Source: Escherichia coli (GTDB lineage: Bacteria > Pseudomonadota > Gammaproteobacteria > Enterobacterales > Enterobacteriaceae). Taken from it: DNA of 64,000 bases. The position numbers were made by a program, and so were the translations under genes. The notes below the pieces were generated by a model. It saw nothing but the letters and a program-made list of their open reading frames with translations, had not been told where the DNA came from and did not search any database. The stretch lies in NCBI RefSeq assembly GCF_030013205.1, contig NZ_CP122648.1; one strand, written 5' to 3'. Of the stretch, positions 1 to 10,178 are shown piece after piece. The number at the start of each line of letters is the position of its first letter. Position 1 is the stretch's first letter.

Positions 1-65
1 ATTTAACCGTGTTATCTCGTTGGAGATATTCATGGCGTATTTTGGATGATAACGAGGCGCAAAAA

Positions 66-1118
66 ATGAAAAAGACAGCTATCGCGATTGCAGTGGCACT
101 GGCTGGTTTCGCTACCGTAGCGCAGGCCGCTCCGAAAGATAACACCTGGTACACTGGTGCTAAACTGGGCTGGTCCCAGTACCATGACACTGGTTTTATT
201 CCTAACAATGGTCCGACCCACGAAAACCAACTGGGTGCAGGTGCTTTTGGTGGTTACCAGGTTAACCCGTATGTTGGCTTTGAAATGGGTTACGACTGGT
301 TAGGTCGTATGCCGTACAAAGGCGACAACATCAACGGCGCATACAAAGCTCAGGGCGTTCAGCTGACCGCTAAACTGGGTTACCCAATCACTGACGATCT
401 GGACATCTACACTCGTCTGGGTGGTATGGTATGGCGTGCAGACACCAAGGCTAACGTACCTGGTGGCGCATCTTTTAAAGACCACGACACCGGCGTTTCT
501 CCGGTTTTCGCTGGCGGTGTTGAGTACGCGATCACTCCTGAAATCGCTACCCGTCTGGAATACCAGTGGACCAACAACATCGGTGACGCACACACCATCG
601 GTACTCGTCCGGACAACGGCATGCTGAGCTTGGGTGTTTCCTACCGTTTCGGTCAGGGCGAAGCAGCTCCAGTAGTTGCTCCGGCTCCAGCTCCGGCACC
701 GGAAGTACAGACCAAGCACTTCACTCTGAAGTCTGACGTTCTGTTCACCTTCAACAAAGCAACCCTGAAACCGGAAGGTCAGGCTGCTCTGGATCAGCTG
801 TACAGCCAGCTGAGCAACCTGGATCCGAAAGACGGTTCCGTAGTTGTTCTGGGTTACACTGACCGCATCGGTTCTGACGCTTACAACCAGGGTCTGTCCG
901 AGCGCCGTGCTCAGTCTGTTGTTGATTACCTGATCTCCAAAGGTATCCCGGCAGACAAGATCTCCGCACGTGGTATGGGCGAATCCAACCCGGTTACTGG
1001 CAACACCTGTGACAACGTGAAACAGCGTGCTGCACTGATCGACTGCCTGGCTCCGGATCGTCGCGTAGAGATCGAAGTTAAAGGCATCAAAGACGTTGTA
1101 ACTCAGCCGCAGGCTTAA
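66..1118 (+). CDS. ompA: Outer membrane protein A (OmpA), variant surface-loop allele
   Basis: ORF track 9..1118 trimmed to ATG at 66 (signal peptide [21 protein letters not shown]); 350 aa; full-length match to E. coli OmpA with differences confined to extracellular loops; C-terminal OmpA-like peptidoglycan-binding domain. Confidence 0.95.
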   Translation: MKKTAIAIAVALAGFATVAQAAPKDNTWYTGAKLGWSQYHDTGFIPNNGPTHENQLGAGAFGGYQVNPYVGFEMGYDWLGRMPYKGDNINGAYKAQGVQLTAKLGYPITDDLDIYTRLGGMVWRADTKANVPGGASFKDHDTGVSPVFAGGVEYAITPEIATRLEYQWTNNIGDAHTIGTRPDNGMLSLGVSYRFGQGEAAPVVAPAPAPAPEVQTKHFTLKSDVLFTFNKATLKPEGQAALDQLYSQLSNLDPKDGSVVVLGYTDRIGSDAYNQGLSERRAQSVVDYLISKGIPADKISARGMGESNPVTGNTCDNVKQRAALIDCLAPDRRVEIEVKGIKDVVTQPQA

Positions 1119-1131
1119 GTTCTCGTCTGGT

Positions 1132-1161
1132 AAAAAACCCCGCTGCTGCGGGGTTTTTTTT
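1132..1161. terminator. Rho-independent terminator between convergent ompA and matP (likely bidirectional)
   Basis: A-run, 6-bp GC stem CCCCGC/GCGGGG with 4-nt loop, then T8 run; sits between ompA stop (1118) and matP stop (1194). Confidence 0.7.
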
Positions 1162-1193
1162 CGTCTTTAGAAAATTGAACTGACTTTCGTCAG

Positions 1194-1646
1194 TTATTCC
1201 TTACCCAGCAATGCCTGCAGATCCTGCTTCAAAGAAGACATTTTATTCGCGTATTTCTCTTTGTTTTCCGCATCTTCAATCAGCTGAACAATTGTTTCAG
1301 AAAGCGTTTTACCGCGACGCTGCGCAAGACCAGCCAGACGTTGCCAGACAATAAATTCCAGATCGATCGATTTTTTGCGCGTATGCTGGTGTTCCGCATT
1401 AAAATGGCGCTTCCGTCTGGCCCGAATGGTTTGCTTCATGCGATTGACCAGTTCCGGATTCATATGCTTGTCAATCCAGCCATTTACCAGCACGGGTTCA
1501 TTTTCCAGCGAGAGCAACACATCGACGGCTTCCTGGGCGGCACTGGCTTCTATGTAACGGGTGATTAACTCCCCTTCGCGGTGCTTCTTCACCAGATACT
1601 TCCATTTCCAACCGCTTTCAAGATTTTCAAGTTGTTGATATTTCAT
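1194..1646 (-). CDS. matP: Macrodomain Ter protein MatP
   Basis: 150-aa [30 protein letters not shown]...; length and sequence match E. coli MatP (YcbG); synteny next to ompA. Confidence 0.93.
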
Positions 1647-1831
1647 AGCGATCTCAATGTTACCGTGTAACTCTTTACAGAATATCAGCTTTTTGGGTCA
1701 GTGAAGAAAAGAATCTCCATCCTGTGAGCTTTAACGCCCATGCCAGGAGTATTGTCGGTGCTTTCTACGTGTGCTGCAGTGCCGGTTACGGTATAATCGC
1801 GGCTTTGACAACAGACTAAAAAACATCAACT

Positions 1832-3592
1832 TTGACCATTACGAAACTTGCATGGCGTGACCTGGTTCCTGATACCGATAGCTATCAGGAAATATTTGCT
1901 CAGCCACATTTGATTGACGAAAACGATCCTTTATTCAGTGATACTCAACCGCGACTGCAATTTGCGCTGGAGCAGTTGCTGCATACGCGAGCATCCTCCT
2001 CTTTTATGCTGGCGAAGGCCCCGGAAGAGTCTGAGTATCTGAATCTTATTGCCGATGCCGCGCGTGCGCTACAAAGCGATGCAGGCCAACTGGTGGGCGG
2101 TCACTATGAGGTTTCCGGGCACACCATCCGCTTACGTAACGCAGTGAGTGCAGATGATAATTTTGCGACTTTAACGCAAGTTGTCGCTGCCGACTGGGTA
2201 GAAGCGGAACAACTCTTTGGCTGCCTGCGCCAGTTTAATGGCGACATTACCCTGCAGCCAGGTCTGGTGCATCAGGCAAATGGCGGTATTCTCATCATCT
2301 CTTTGCGTACACTGCTGGCGCAACCTCTGCTGTGGATGCGGCTGAAAAATATCGTTAACCGCGAGCGTTTTGACTGGGTTGCGTTTGATGAGTCGCGCCC
2401 TCTCCCCGTCACTGTGCCTTCGATGCCATTGAAGCTGAAAGTCATTCTGGTAGGCGAACGCGAATCATTGGCTGATTTCCAGGAGATGGAACCAGAGCTT
2501 TCAGAGCAGGCTATTTATAGCGAATTTGAAGATACTCTGCAGATTGTCGATGCGGAGTCAGTAAGCCAGTGGTGTCGCTGGGTGACATTGACCGCCAGAC
2601 ATAATCACTTACCTGCACCAGGAGCGGATGCCTGGCCGGTACTTATCCGCGAAGCAGCCCGCTACACCGGTGAACAAGAAACACTTCCGCTTAGCCCGCA
2701 GTGGATCCTCCGCCAGTGTAAAGAGGTCGCCTCCCTGTGCGATGGCGACACCTTCTCCGGCGAGCAGCTAAACTTAATGCTGCAGCAGCGTGAATGGCGT
2801 GAAGGTTTCCTCGCTGAACGCATGCAGGATGAGATCCTTCAGGAGCAAATCCTGATTGAAACCGAAGGCGAATGCATCGGGCAAATTAACGCCCTTTCGG
2901 TCATTGAATTTCCGGGTCATCCACGCGCTTTTGGCGAACCTTCTCGCATTAGCTGCGTTGTGCATATTGGCGATGGTGAATTCACCGACATCGAACGCAA
3001 AGCGGAGCTTGGCGGCAATATCCATGCGAAAGGGATGATGATCATGCAGGCGTTCCTGATGTCGGAACTACAGCTTGAGCAACAGATCCCCTTCTCAGCA
3101 TCGCTGACATTTGAGCAGTCATACAGTGAAGTGGATGGCGATAGTGCCTCGATGGCTGAACTCTGCGCCCTGATAAGCGCCCTCGCCGATGTGCCGGTGA
3201 ATCAGAGTATCGCTATCACAGGTTCAGTCGATCAGTTCGGTCGTGCCCAGCCGGTCGGTGGTTTAAATGAGAAAATCGAAGGCTTCTTTGCTATTTGCCA
3301 GCAACGTGAGTTAACCGGGAAACAAGGTGTCATTATCCCCACTGCTAACATTCGCCATTTAAGTCTTCACAGTGAACTGGTGAAAGCGGTAGAAGAAGGC
3401 AAATTCACCATCTGGGCAGTAGACGATGTGACTGACGCACTGCCGTTATTATTAAATCTGGTGTGGGATGGCGAAGGCCAAACGACGCTGATGCAAACCA
3501 TCCAGGAACGTATCGCGCAAGCATCGCAACAGGAAGGACGTCACCGTTTTCCATGGCCATTACGTTGGCTGAACTGGTTTATTCCGAACTGA
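1832..3592 (+). CDS. ycbZ: Lon-like protease homolog YcbZ (LonH)
   Basis: 586-aa [25 protein letters not shown]...; matches E. coli YcbZ in length and sequence; synteny matP-ycbZ-fabA. Confidence 0.93.
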
Positions 3593-3622
3593 TCGGACTT
3601 GTTCAGCGTACACGTGTTAGCT
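3587..3622 (+). promoter_or_regulatory. fabA promoter operator region: FadR site (AACTGATCGGACTTGTTC) followed by FabR palindrome (AGCGTACACGTGTTAGCT)
   Basis: Sequence read directly about 40-75 bp upstream of fabA ATG; matches the recalled fabA FadR/FabR operator arrangement; overlaps the last codons of ycbZ. Confidence 0.5.
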
Positions 3623-3660
3623 ATCCTGCGTGCTTCAATAAAATAAGGCTTACAGAGAAC

Positions 3661-4179
3661 ATGGTAGATAAACGCGAATCCTATACAAAAGAAGACCTTC
3701 TTGCCTCTGGTCGCGGTGAACTGTTTGGCGCTAAAGGTCCGCAATTGCCAGCACCGAACATGCTGATGATGGACCGTGTGGTCAAAATGACCGAAACGGG
3801 TGGTAACTTCGACAAAGGGTATGTTGAAGCAGAACTGGATATCAATCCGGATCTGTGGTTCTTCGGATGCCACTTCATTGGCGATCCGGTTATGCCGGGA
3901 TGCCTGGGCCTGGACGCAATGTGGCAGCTGGTAGGGTTCTACCTCGGCTGGCTGGGCGGCGAAGGTAAAGGCCGCGCGCTGGGCGTTGGCGAAGTGAAAT
4001 TCACCGGTCAGGTACTGCCGACAGCGAAAAAAGTGACCTACCGTATTCACTTTAAACGCATTGTTAACCGTCGTCTGATTATGGGCCTGGCGGATGGCGA
4101 AGTGCTGGTTGATGGTCGTTTGATCTATACCGCCAGCGACCTGAAAGTCGGTCTGTTCCAGGATACGTCTGCCTTCTGA
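3661..4179 (+). CDS. fabA: 3-hydroxydecanoyl-ACP dehydratase/isomerase FabA
   Basis: ORF track 3463..4179 trimmed to ATG at 3661 ([23 protein letters not shown]...); 172 aa; matches E. coli FabA. Confidence 0.95.
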
Positions 4180-4204
4180 TTAGAATCAGACAGAGTATCA
4201 AAAG

Positions 4205-4236
4205 GCGAAACCTCCGCAATGCGGAGGTTTCTTTTT
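4205..4236 (+). terminator. Rho-independent terminator downstream of fabA
   Basis: Stem CCTCCGC / GCGGAGG with AAT loop followed by TTTCTTTTT; lies between convergent fabA and rmf. Confidence 0.65.
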
Positions 4237-4248
4237 AAAGAGACAGAA

Positions 4249-4416
4249 TCAGGCCATTACTACCCTGTCCGCCATGGCTTCTCGCCAGCCTCCCAGCCAT
4301 TGTGACCTTTGATTCAGCGTCTGATAGGGACACATTTCTTTTGAGCGTCCGGTGATGCCGGCCTGATAACCACGTTGATGTGCCCGTTCCAGGCGATCTC
4401 GTTTTTGTCTCTTCAT
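4249..4416 (-). CDS. rmf: Ribosome modulation factor Rmf
   Basis: Not in the ORF track (55 aa, below cutoff; track 65-aa ORF 4235..4432 is a different frame). Manual translation of reverse strand gives MKRQKRDRLERAHQRGYQAGITGRSKEMCPYQTLNQRSQWLGGWREAMADRVVMA*, matching E. coli Rmf; synteny fabA-rmf-pqiC. Confidence 0.9.
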   Translation of the reverse strand: MKRQKRDRLERAHQRGYQAGITGRSKEMCPYQTLNQRSQWLGGWREAMADRVVMA

Positions 4417-4613
4417 GCCTCGTTTCCCTCATACTGGTTTCTGGTGGAAAAGAAAACAGTGATTACTAAATGTGCAATCACAGTTAAGCAATACCGCGAA
4501 TCATAACTGCCGTCAATGCGCAAAATTCACGCCACTGTCATATTTGTGAGCTACACGGGCATGTCGGTTGTACAAATAATGTGAAGAGGAACAACTTTTT
4601 CCGCAAGTTAGAA

Positions 4614-4652
4614 ACAAAAAAACCGCCTCAGGCAACATACCGGAGACGGTTA
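4614..4652 (-). terminator. Putative Rho-independent terminator downstream of pqiC
   Basis: On minus strand: 9-bp stem (one G-U pair) AACCGUCUC / GAGGCGGUU followed by U7 run; located just 3' of pqiC stop (4672). Confidence 0.5.
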
Positions 4653-4671
4653 TATTTACAAATCTTTATGA

Positions 4672-5235
4672 TTACGGTAGACGCTTTATCTCTTGCGCAA
4701 TAGAAGCGGCTTCCTGACTCCATACACTGGCCAACACTTTAACCATTTCATCGTAACCATCCTGAGTTTGCACCCCTTCCAGACGGAACGGACGTTTGAT
4801 CAGTTGTCCCTGGTGGTTCAACAGCCATTCACCACTGACAATGACCTTGCCATCATAGCGACCGTTAAACTCCGTTACGGTAACATTGAGCGTGTCCTGG
4901 GCGCTTCCCAGAGGCTGGGAGGCAACCACCCAGCCGGGCAGTTGCGTACTCAGGTTGGCAACCAGAGTGTTGCGCAACTGTTGATCCAACGGGCTGGCCC
5001 ACAAGTTGTTGTTGGCAATCACATACTTCACATCACTGGTTTGATAAACCACACCATTTCCGGCCAGATAGTCAGGAACAGCGACCTGCTCTACCCATAA
5101 CAGGCGATTACCCTGGCTGGCGGTACTTTGTGTACCGCTCTGCACCACAGGTAACTGGTAATAGTTTTTATTAATTTCGCCGGAGCTGCATCCGGCCAGC
5201 CACAGTGCTGCAATCGTCACTAGCCACTTTTTCAT
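4672..5235 (-). CDS. pqiC: Paraquat-inducible / intermembrane transport lipoprotein PqiC (YmbA)
   Basis: 187-aa ORF with lipoprotein signal MKKWLVTIAALWLAGCSSGE; matches E. coli PqiC; start overlaps pqiB stop by 4 bp. Confidence 0.92.
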   Translation of the reverse strand: MKKWLVTIAALWLAGCSSGEINKNYYQLPVVQSGTQSTASQGNRLLWVEQVAVPDYLAGNGVVYQTSDVKYVIANNNLWASPLDQQLRNTLVANLSTQLPGWVVASQPLGSAQDTLNVTVTEFNGRYDGKVIVSGEWLLNHQGQLIKRPFRLEGVQTQDGYDEMVKVLASVWSQEAASIAQEIKRLP

Positions 5236-6872
5236 TGTTTCGCCCTCTTCGGCTCTGGATCTTTTTTGTCCTTCGCTTCAAATACCAGCGCGTTACTCTT
5301 CTCGTTGAGCGTTTTCAGCACCGGTTGCAGTTCTCGCAACACCTGATCAAGTCGCTGCATATCCGCCACCATCTTGTTGTAGGCTGCGGAGCCAGGCTGG
5401 AAGCCCTGCATGCTGCGATTCAATTCACGCAACGTTGACTGCATATCCGTCGGTAACTGCTGCATCGACTGGCTGGCGAGGATCTTGTTCATGCTATCCA
5501 GCGTCGTTTGCAGGTTTTTCATTGTGCGCTGACTTTCAGAAAGCGTACTGGTTGCCTGTTCAATCATCGGATTCAATGGCAGTTTGTTGATCTTATCCAA
5601 CGCTTCCATCAGTCGTTGCTGGATTTGCGCCAGACCGCCGCTGACGGTCGGGATAATCTGATAACCATTAAATTCACGAATACCGGTTATTGCAGGCGTA
5701 TTTGGATAGAAATCGAGATCAACATACAGTGCGCCAGTGACCAGGTTTCCGGTTTTCAGCGATCCGCGTAAACCACGTTTCAACAATTCGCCAAGGTGCT
5801 CAACAACATCCGCATTTTCGCCAAGCTGCATTTTCAGCCGCTCTGGCTCGATACGAATCAGTACCGGAATACGGTAATCATCGTTAAATGTCTGACGCAT
5901 ATTCGGCGCAAAGAATGGCACTTTGCTTACGGTACCCAGGCGAATACCCCGGAATTCTACCGGAGCTCCCGGTTGCAGACCGCGTACCGAATCTTTAAAG
6001 AACATCAGATAATCAATGTGATCGGTGTACAACGAATCCTGAATGCTCTTCTGATCATCATACAAAACGAAAGCTGTTTTCGGTGCCACTGGCTGCCCTA
6101 AATCCAGACCTTCCGGCACATCAAAGCTGACACCGCCACTAAGCAGCGTTGTCAATGAGCCCATCTCCACACGCATTCCCGCTGACGTCAAATCAACCGC
6201 AATGCCACTATCTTTCCAGAAGCGAACATTGCTGGTCACCAGACGGTCATAAGGTGCATTGATGAACAGTTGATAGCTGATATTGCGTTTTTGCGTATCG
6301 AAGGTGCTGGTTTCAACCGAACCTACCCGATAGCCACGGAACAGCACGGGATCTCCTGGCGAGAGCTGCCCGGCTTTTTTGCTATCGAGAATCACACGAA
6401 TACCTTTCGCATCAGGCGGAGCCAACGGTGGCGAGTCCAGCAAATCGTATTTATCCATTTTGCTGCCTTTCGCGCCTGGCTGCAGTTCGATATAAACCCC
6501 AGACAGCAGCGTTCCCAGGCCGCTAATCCCTTCTCGACCAATCTGCGGTTTCACCACCCAAAAGACGGTATCTTTATGCAGCAATTTTTCCATACCGGAA
6601 TTCAGCCGCGCTTTGATTTCAACGTGCGTCAAATCATCAGCCAGTGTGGCGCTTTCAACCACGCCGACGTCAACGCTACGGCTTTTAATGGTGGTTTTAC
6701 CACCTTCTATTCCTTCCGCATTCGCGGTGATCAGGGTCACTTCCGGCCCCTGATGGCTGTAATGATAAAAAAGAACCCAAGCCCCAATGAGCGCCGTGAC
6801 GATAGGAAATATCCACACGGGAGACCAGTTCTTCACTTTCTGGATTTTGGCTTCCCCATTATTAGATTCCAT
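5232..6872 (-). CDS. pqiB: Intermembrane transport protein PqiB (MCE-domain protein)
   Basis: ORF track 5232..6932 trimmed to ATG at 6872 (MESNNGEAKIQKVKNWSPVWIFPIVT...); 546 aa; matches E. coli PqiB. Confidence 0.92.
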   Translation of the reverse strand: MESNNGEAKIQKVKNWSPVWIFPIVTALIGAWVLFYHYSHQGPEVTLITANAEGIEGGKTTIKSRSVDVGVVESATLADDLTHVEIKARLNSGMEKLLHKDTVFWVVKPQIGREGISGLGTLLSGVYIELQPGAKGSKMDKYDLLDSPPLAPPDAKGIRVILDSKKAGQLSPGDPVLFRGYRVGSVETSTFDTQKRNISYQLFINAPYDRLVTSNVRFWKDSGIAVDLTSAGMRVEMGSLTTLLSGGVSFDVPEGLDLGQPVAPKTAFVLYDDQKSIQDSLYTDHIDYLMFFKDSVRGLQPGAPVEFRGIRLGTVSKVPFFAPNMRQTFNDDYRIPVLIRIEPERLKMQLGENADVVEHLGELLKRGLRGSLKTGNLVTGALYVDLDFYPNTPAITGIREFNGYQIIPTVSGGLAQIQQRLMEALDKINKLPLNPMIEQATSTLSESQRTMKNLQTTLDSMNKILASQSMQQLPTDMQSTLRELNRSMQGFQPGSAAYNKMVADMQRLDQVLRELQPVLKTLNEKSNALVFEAKDKKDPEPKRAKQ

Positions 6873-6876
6873 ACTG

Positions 6877-8130
6877 TCAGGACTCCTCATGCTCTGATTC
6901 AGGTTGACGATCCCACGACAAACGCGGGTCAAACGTCATAGCAGAAAACATTGTCATTATGACGACTAAAGCAAACATTAATGCACCCATTGCCGGATAA
7001 ATACTCATTAAACCTCCCATACGCACCAGCGCCGAGAGCACCGCGATAACGAAAACGTCAATCATCGACCAGCGGCCTACAAACTCAACAACTTCATAAA
7101 TCAAATGCATTCTTTCACTGTCGCGCTTGCCATGCCCTTTGGCATCCCAACACAACCACGCTATGGCGATCATCTTTAACGTTGGCACCATAATACTGGC
7201 CAGAAAGATAACCGCAGCGACGGGATAAGATCCTTCGCTCCATAACAGGATGACCCCAGCGAGAATCGTCGATGGCATCTTCGAGCCTAATAAATCCGTC
7301 ACCATGATGGGCAAAATATTAGCCGGAAGATACAGCATGATGGACGTAACAAGCAGCGCGAGTGTCCATTGCAGGCTGTTTCTACGTCGAACGTACCCTT
7401 TGGTACTACAACGCGGGCACACGGGTTCGTCAGCAGGAAGGATTGCCGTACAACAGGAGCACGAACGCAGCCCCTGACGTATCCCCGTGACGCCAGGTTT
7501 TAGCGGCTGGCGCAGTTCTGGCATCGGGGCGATATCGTCCCATAACCAGCGACGATCAACGCACTGAAAGGCGCGCAGTTGCAGGACACAAAATAAACAC
7601 CAGGGGAGAAAGCTGCTGCCGACACCAATGCTGCCGTAAGCCATCAGTTTAACGAAACTGACCAGCACACCCGCGAGGAAAATCTCCGCCATTCCCCAGG
7701 TTTTGAGTTGAAAAAGCACCCGTGCCAGTTGCTCTTTTAAACGGACCGGTAATTCCGCGCGATTCACCAGTAACAGAATGGTTATCAGACAAAACGCGGG
7801 AACCAGTTGCACAAACAACAGGAAAAAGGTGCCGAGGCTGGCGTAGTCCTCAGAAAAAAGCACGCCGGGAATTTCCAGTAATGTAATTTCACTGGTAACT
7901 CCTGCAACGTTCATATTCACAAAAGGAAACAAGTTGGACAGCAACAGCATGAACAGTGCAGCCAACGCATAGGCGGTGGGACGCTGCCGAGGGGCATCCC
8001 ACGCCACGGTTAACGTTGTGCCACACCGGGGACATGCCGCTTTCTGACCATGCTCAAGGCGCGGTAACGCCACCAGCATGTCACACTGCGAGCACAGGAT
8101 GTGCTTCGCGGCATGATGATGTTCGCACAT
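6877..8130 (-). CDS. pqiA: Intermembrane transport protein PqiA
   Basis: 417-aa ORF MCEHHHAAKHILCSQCDMLVALPRLEHGQKAACPRCG... with Cys-rich N-terminus and membrane segments; matches E. coli PqiA. Confidence 0.93.
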   Translation of the reverse strand: MCEHHHAAKHILCSQCDMLVALPRLEHGQKAACPRCGTTLTVAWDAPRQRPTAYALAALFMLLLSNLFPFVNMNVAGVTSEITLLEIPGVLFSEDYASLGTFFLLFVQLVPAFCLITILLLVNRAELPVRLKEQLARVLFQLKTWGMAEIFLAGVLVSFVKLMAYGSIGVGSSFLPWCLFCVLQLRAFQCVDRRWLWDDIAPMPELRQPLKPGVTGIRQGLRSCSCCTAILPADEPVCPRCSTKGYVRRRNSLQWTLALLVTSIMLYLPANILPIMVTDLLGSKMPSTILAGVILLWSEGSYPVAAVIFLASIMVPTLKMIAIAWLCWDAKGHGKRDSERMHLIYEVVEFVGRWSMIDVFVIAVLSALVRMGGLMSIYPAMGALMFALVVIMTMFSAMTFDPRLSWDRQPESEHEES

Positions 8131-8259
8131 TGGTACTCCTTAATGATGCGCTATTTTACAGATGACTAACAAAGTGTTGGTTTTCATGCCTGATAAACCC
8201 AGTTCATCAGGCAATTTTACCGTTGTCAGCTGTCTCTGTTTAAATCGACTATTTTGCGA

Positions 8260-10167
8260 TCAGCCACCATTTTTTAACGCTTCAAGATACTCCCAGCGTT
8301 CAAAGGCTTGCTCCAGCTCCTGCTCTGCAGCAGCCATATCGGCGAGCACTTTTTGCGTCTGCTCATGCGGCTGACTGAAGAAGGAAGCATCCGCCACCTG
8401 CGTCTGTAGGGCTTCCAGCTTCGCCTCCAGATCTTCGAGCAATTGCGGTAGCTGCTCCAGTTCGCGCTGCAATTTATAGCTTAGTTTGCTACTGCTGCGT
8501 TTTACAGTTTCTGCTTTTGGCGCGGCGGCTTCTTCGATTTTTTTCACCGCAGGCTGTTTGAGCGCCACATACTGTTCTTGCTGACCACGGGCATCATGAT
8601 AACCGCCGACATAACGACCAATTTTACCGCCGCCTTCGAAGATCCAGCATTCTGTAACGGTGTTATCGACAAACTGACGATCGTGGCTCACCAGCAATAC
8701 CGTGCCCTGGTAGCTGTCGATCAGTTCTTCCAGCAGTTCCAGCGTTTCAACATCAAGATCGTTGGTCGGTTCGTCAAGAATCAATAAGTTGCTTGGTTTG
8801 AGGAACAAACGCGCCAACAACAAGCGGTTACGCTCACCGCCAGAAAGCGCACGTACCGGCGTCATCGCCCGTTTCGGATGGAACAGGAAGTCCTGCAAAT
8901 AGCCCAAAACATGGCGTGGCTTGCCGTTAACCATCACCTCTTGCTTACCTTCAGCAAGGTTATCCATCACCGTTTTATCGGGATCCAGTTCCGCACGGTG
9001 CTGATCGAAATAAGCCACTTCCAGTTTGGTGCCAACGTGAATACGCCCGCTGTCCGCCTGAAGCTGACCGAGCATCAGTTTCAGCAGCGTGGTTTTGCCG
9101 CATCCATTCGGACCAATCAGGGCAATTTTGTCGCCACGTAGAACCTGGGCAGAAAAATCTTTCACCAGTTGCTTACCGTCGACCTGGTAGCAAACGTCTT
9201 CCATTTCGAAAACGATCTTACCGGAACGGCTGGCCTCTTCCACCTGCATCTTTGCGGTACCCATCACTTCGCGACGTTCGCCACGCTCGCGACGCATTGC
9301 TTTCAGGGCGCGTACGCGGCCTTCATTACGGGTACGGCGTGCTTTGATCCCCTGGCGGATCCACACCTCTTCCTGCGCCAGTTTGCGATCGAACTCGGCA
9401 TTTTGTAGTTCTTCCACGCGCAGGGCTTCTTCTTTTTCCAGCAGGTACTGGTCGTAATTCCCAGGATAGGTCACAAGCTTGCCGCGATCGAGATCAACAA
9501 TACGCGTCGCCATATTGCGGATAAACGAACGGTCGTGGGAGATGAAAATAATCGTCCCATTGAAGGTTTTAAGGAATCCTTCCAGCCAGTCGATGGTTTC
9601 GATATCCAGGTGGTTAGTCGGTTCGTCGAGCAGCAATACGCGCGGATTGCTCACCAGCGCGCGTCCTAATGCCGCTTTACGCAACCAGCCGCCGGAAAGC
9701 GACGACAGCGCAACGTTAGGATCTAACCCCAGTTGCGCCAGCACTTCGTTAATGCGGTTTTCCAGCTGCCACAGGTTGTGGTGATCCAACTGTTCCTGAA
9801 CCTTCGCCAGTTCGTTGAGATTTTTCTCGCTCGGGTCGTTCATCACCAGGCGCGAAATATCGTGATAGCGTTTCAGGTATTCCGCTTGTTCTTCAATGCC
9901 TTCGGCAACGAAATCATAAACACTCCCCTCAACGTTACGCGGCGGATCCTGTTGCAGACGAGCTACAATCAAATCTTGCTCGTAAATAATGCGACCGTCA
10001 TCCAGCCCTTGTTCACGGTTGAGGATTTTCATTAACGTCGATTTGCCTGCGCCGTTGCGGCCCACCAGACAAACACGTTCGTTATCTTCGATATGCAGTT
10101 CTGCGTTATCGAGAAGCGGCGCGTCGCTGAACGACAGCCATGCGCCATGCATACTGATTAATGACAT
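8260..10167 (-). CDS. uup: ABC-F family ATPase Uup
   Basis: 635-aa ORF with two ABC ATPase cassettes (GRNGAGKST, GPNGCGKTT Walker A motifs) and C-terminal coiled-coil tail; matches E. coli Uup. Confidence 0.95.
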   Translation of the reverse strand: MSLISMHGAWLSFSDAPLLDNAELHIEDNERVCLVGRNGAGKSTLMKILNREQGLDDGRIIYEQDLIVARLQQDPPRNVEGSVYDFVAEGIEEQAEYLKRYHDISRLVMNDPSEKNLNELAKVQEQLDHHNLWQLENRINEVLAQLGLDPNVALSSLSGGWLRKAALGRALVSNPRVLLLDEPTNHLDIETIDWLEGFLKTFNGTIIFISHDRSFIRNMATRIVDLDRGKLVTYPGNYDQYLLEKEEALRVEELQNAEFDRKLAQEEVWIRQGIKARRTRNEGRVRALKAMRRERGERREVMGTAKMQVEEASRSGKIVFEMEDVCYQVDGKQLVKDFSAQVLRGDKIALIGPNGCGKTTLLKLMLGQLQADSGRIHVGTKLEVAYFDQHRAELDPDKTVMDNLAEGKQEVMVNGKPRHVLGYLQDFLFHPKRAMTPVRALSGGERNRLLLARLFLKPSNLLILDEPTNDLDVETLELLEELIDSYQGTVLLVSHDRQFVDNTVTECWIFEGGGKIGRYVGGYHDARGQQEQYVALKQPAVKKIEEAAAPKAETVKRSSSKLSYKLQRELEQLPQLLEDLEAKLEALQTQVADASFFSQPHEQTQKVLADMAAAEQELEQAFERWEYLEALKNGG

Positions 10168-10178
10168 TACTATTCCTT

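Noticed and set aside
9-65. N-terminal extensions of track ORFs (ompA 9..65; likewise pqiB, zapC, pyrD, ssuA, pncB, asnS, ycbK, smtA, ycaI, ycaL, tnpA, ycaO, pflA)
   Set aside because: Each extension precedes a canonical signal peptide or a known N-terminus with a better-placed ATG; trimmed starts reproduce the expected protein lengths.
4235-4432. 65-aa ORF reported by the track at the rmf locus
   Set aside because: Wrong frame; the real gene is the 55-aa rmf ORF at 4249..4416.
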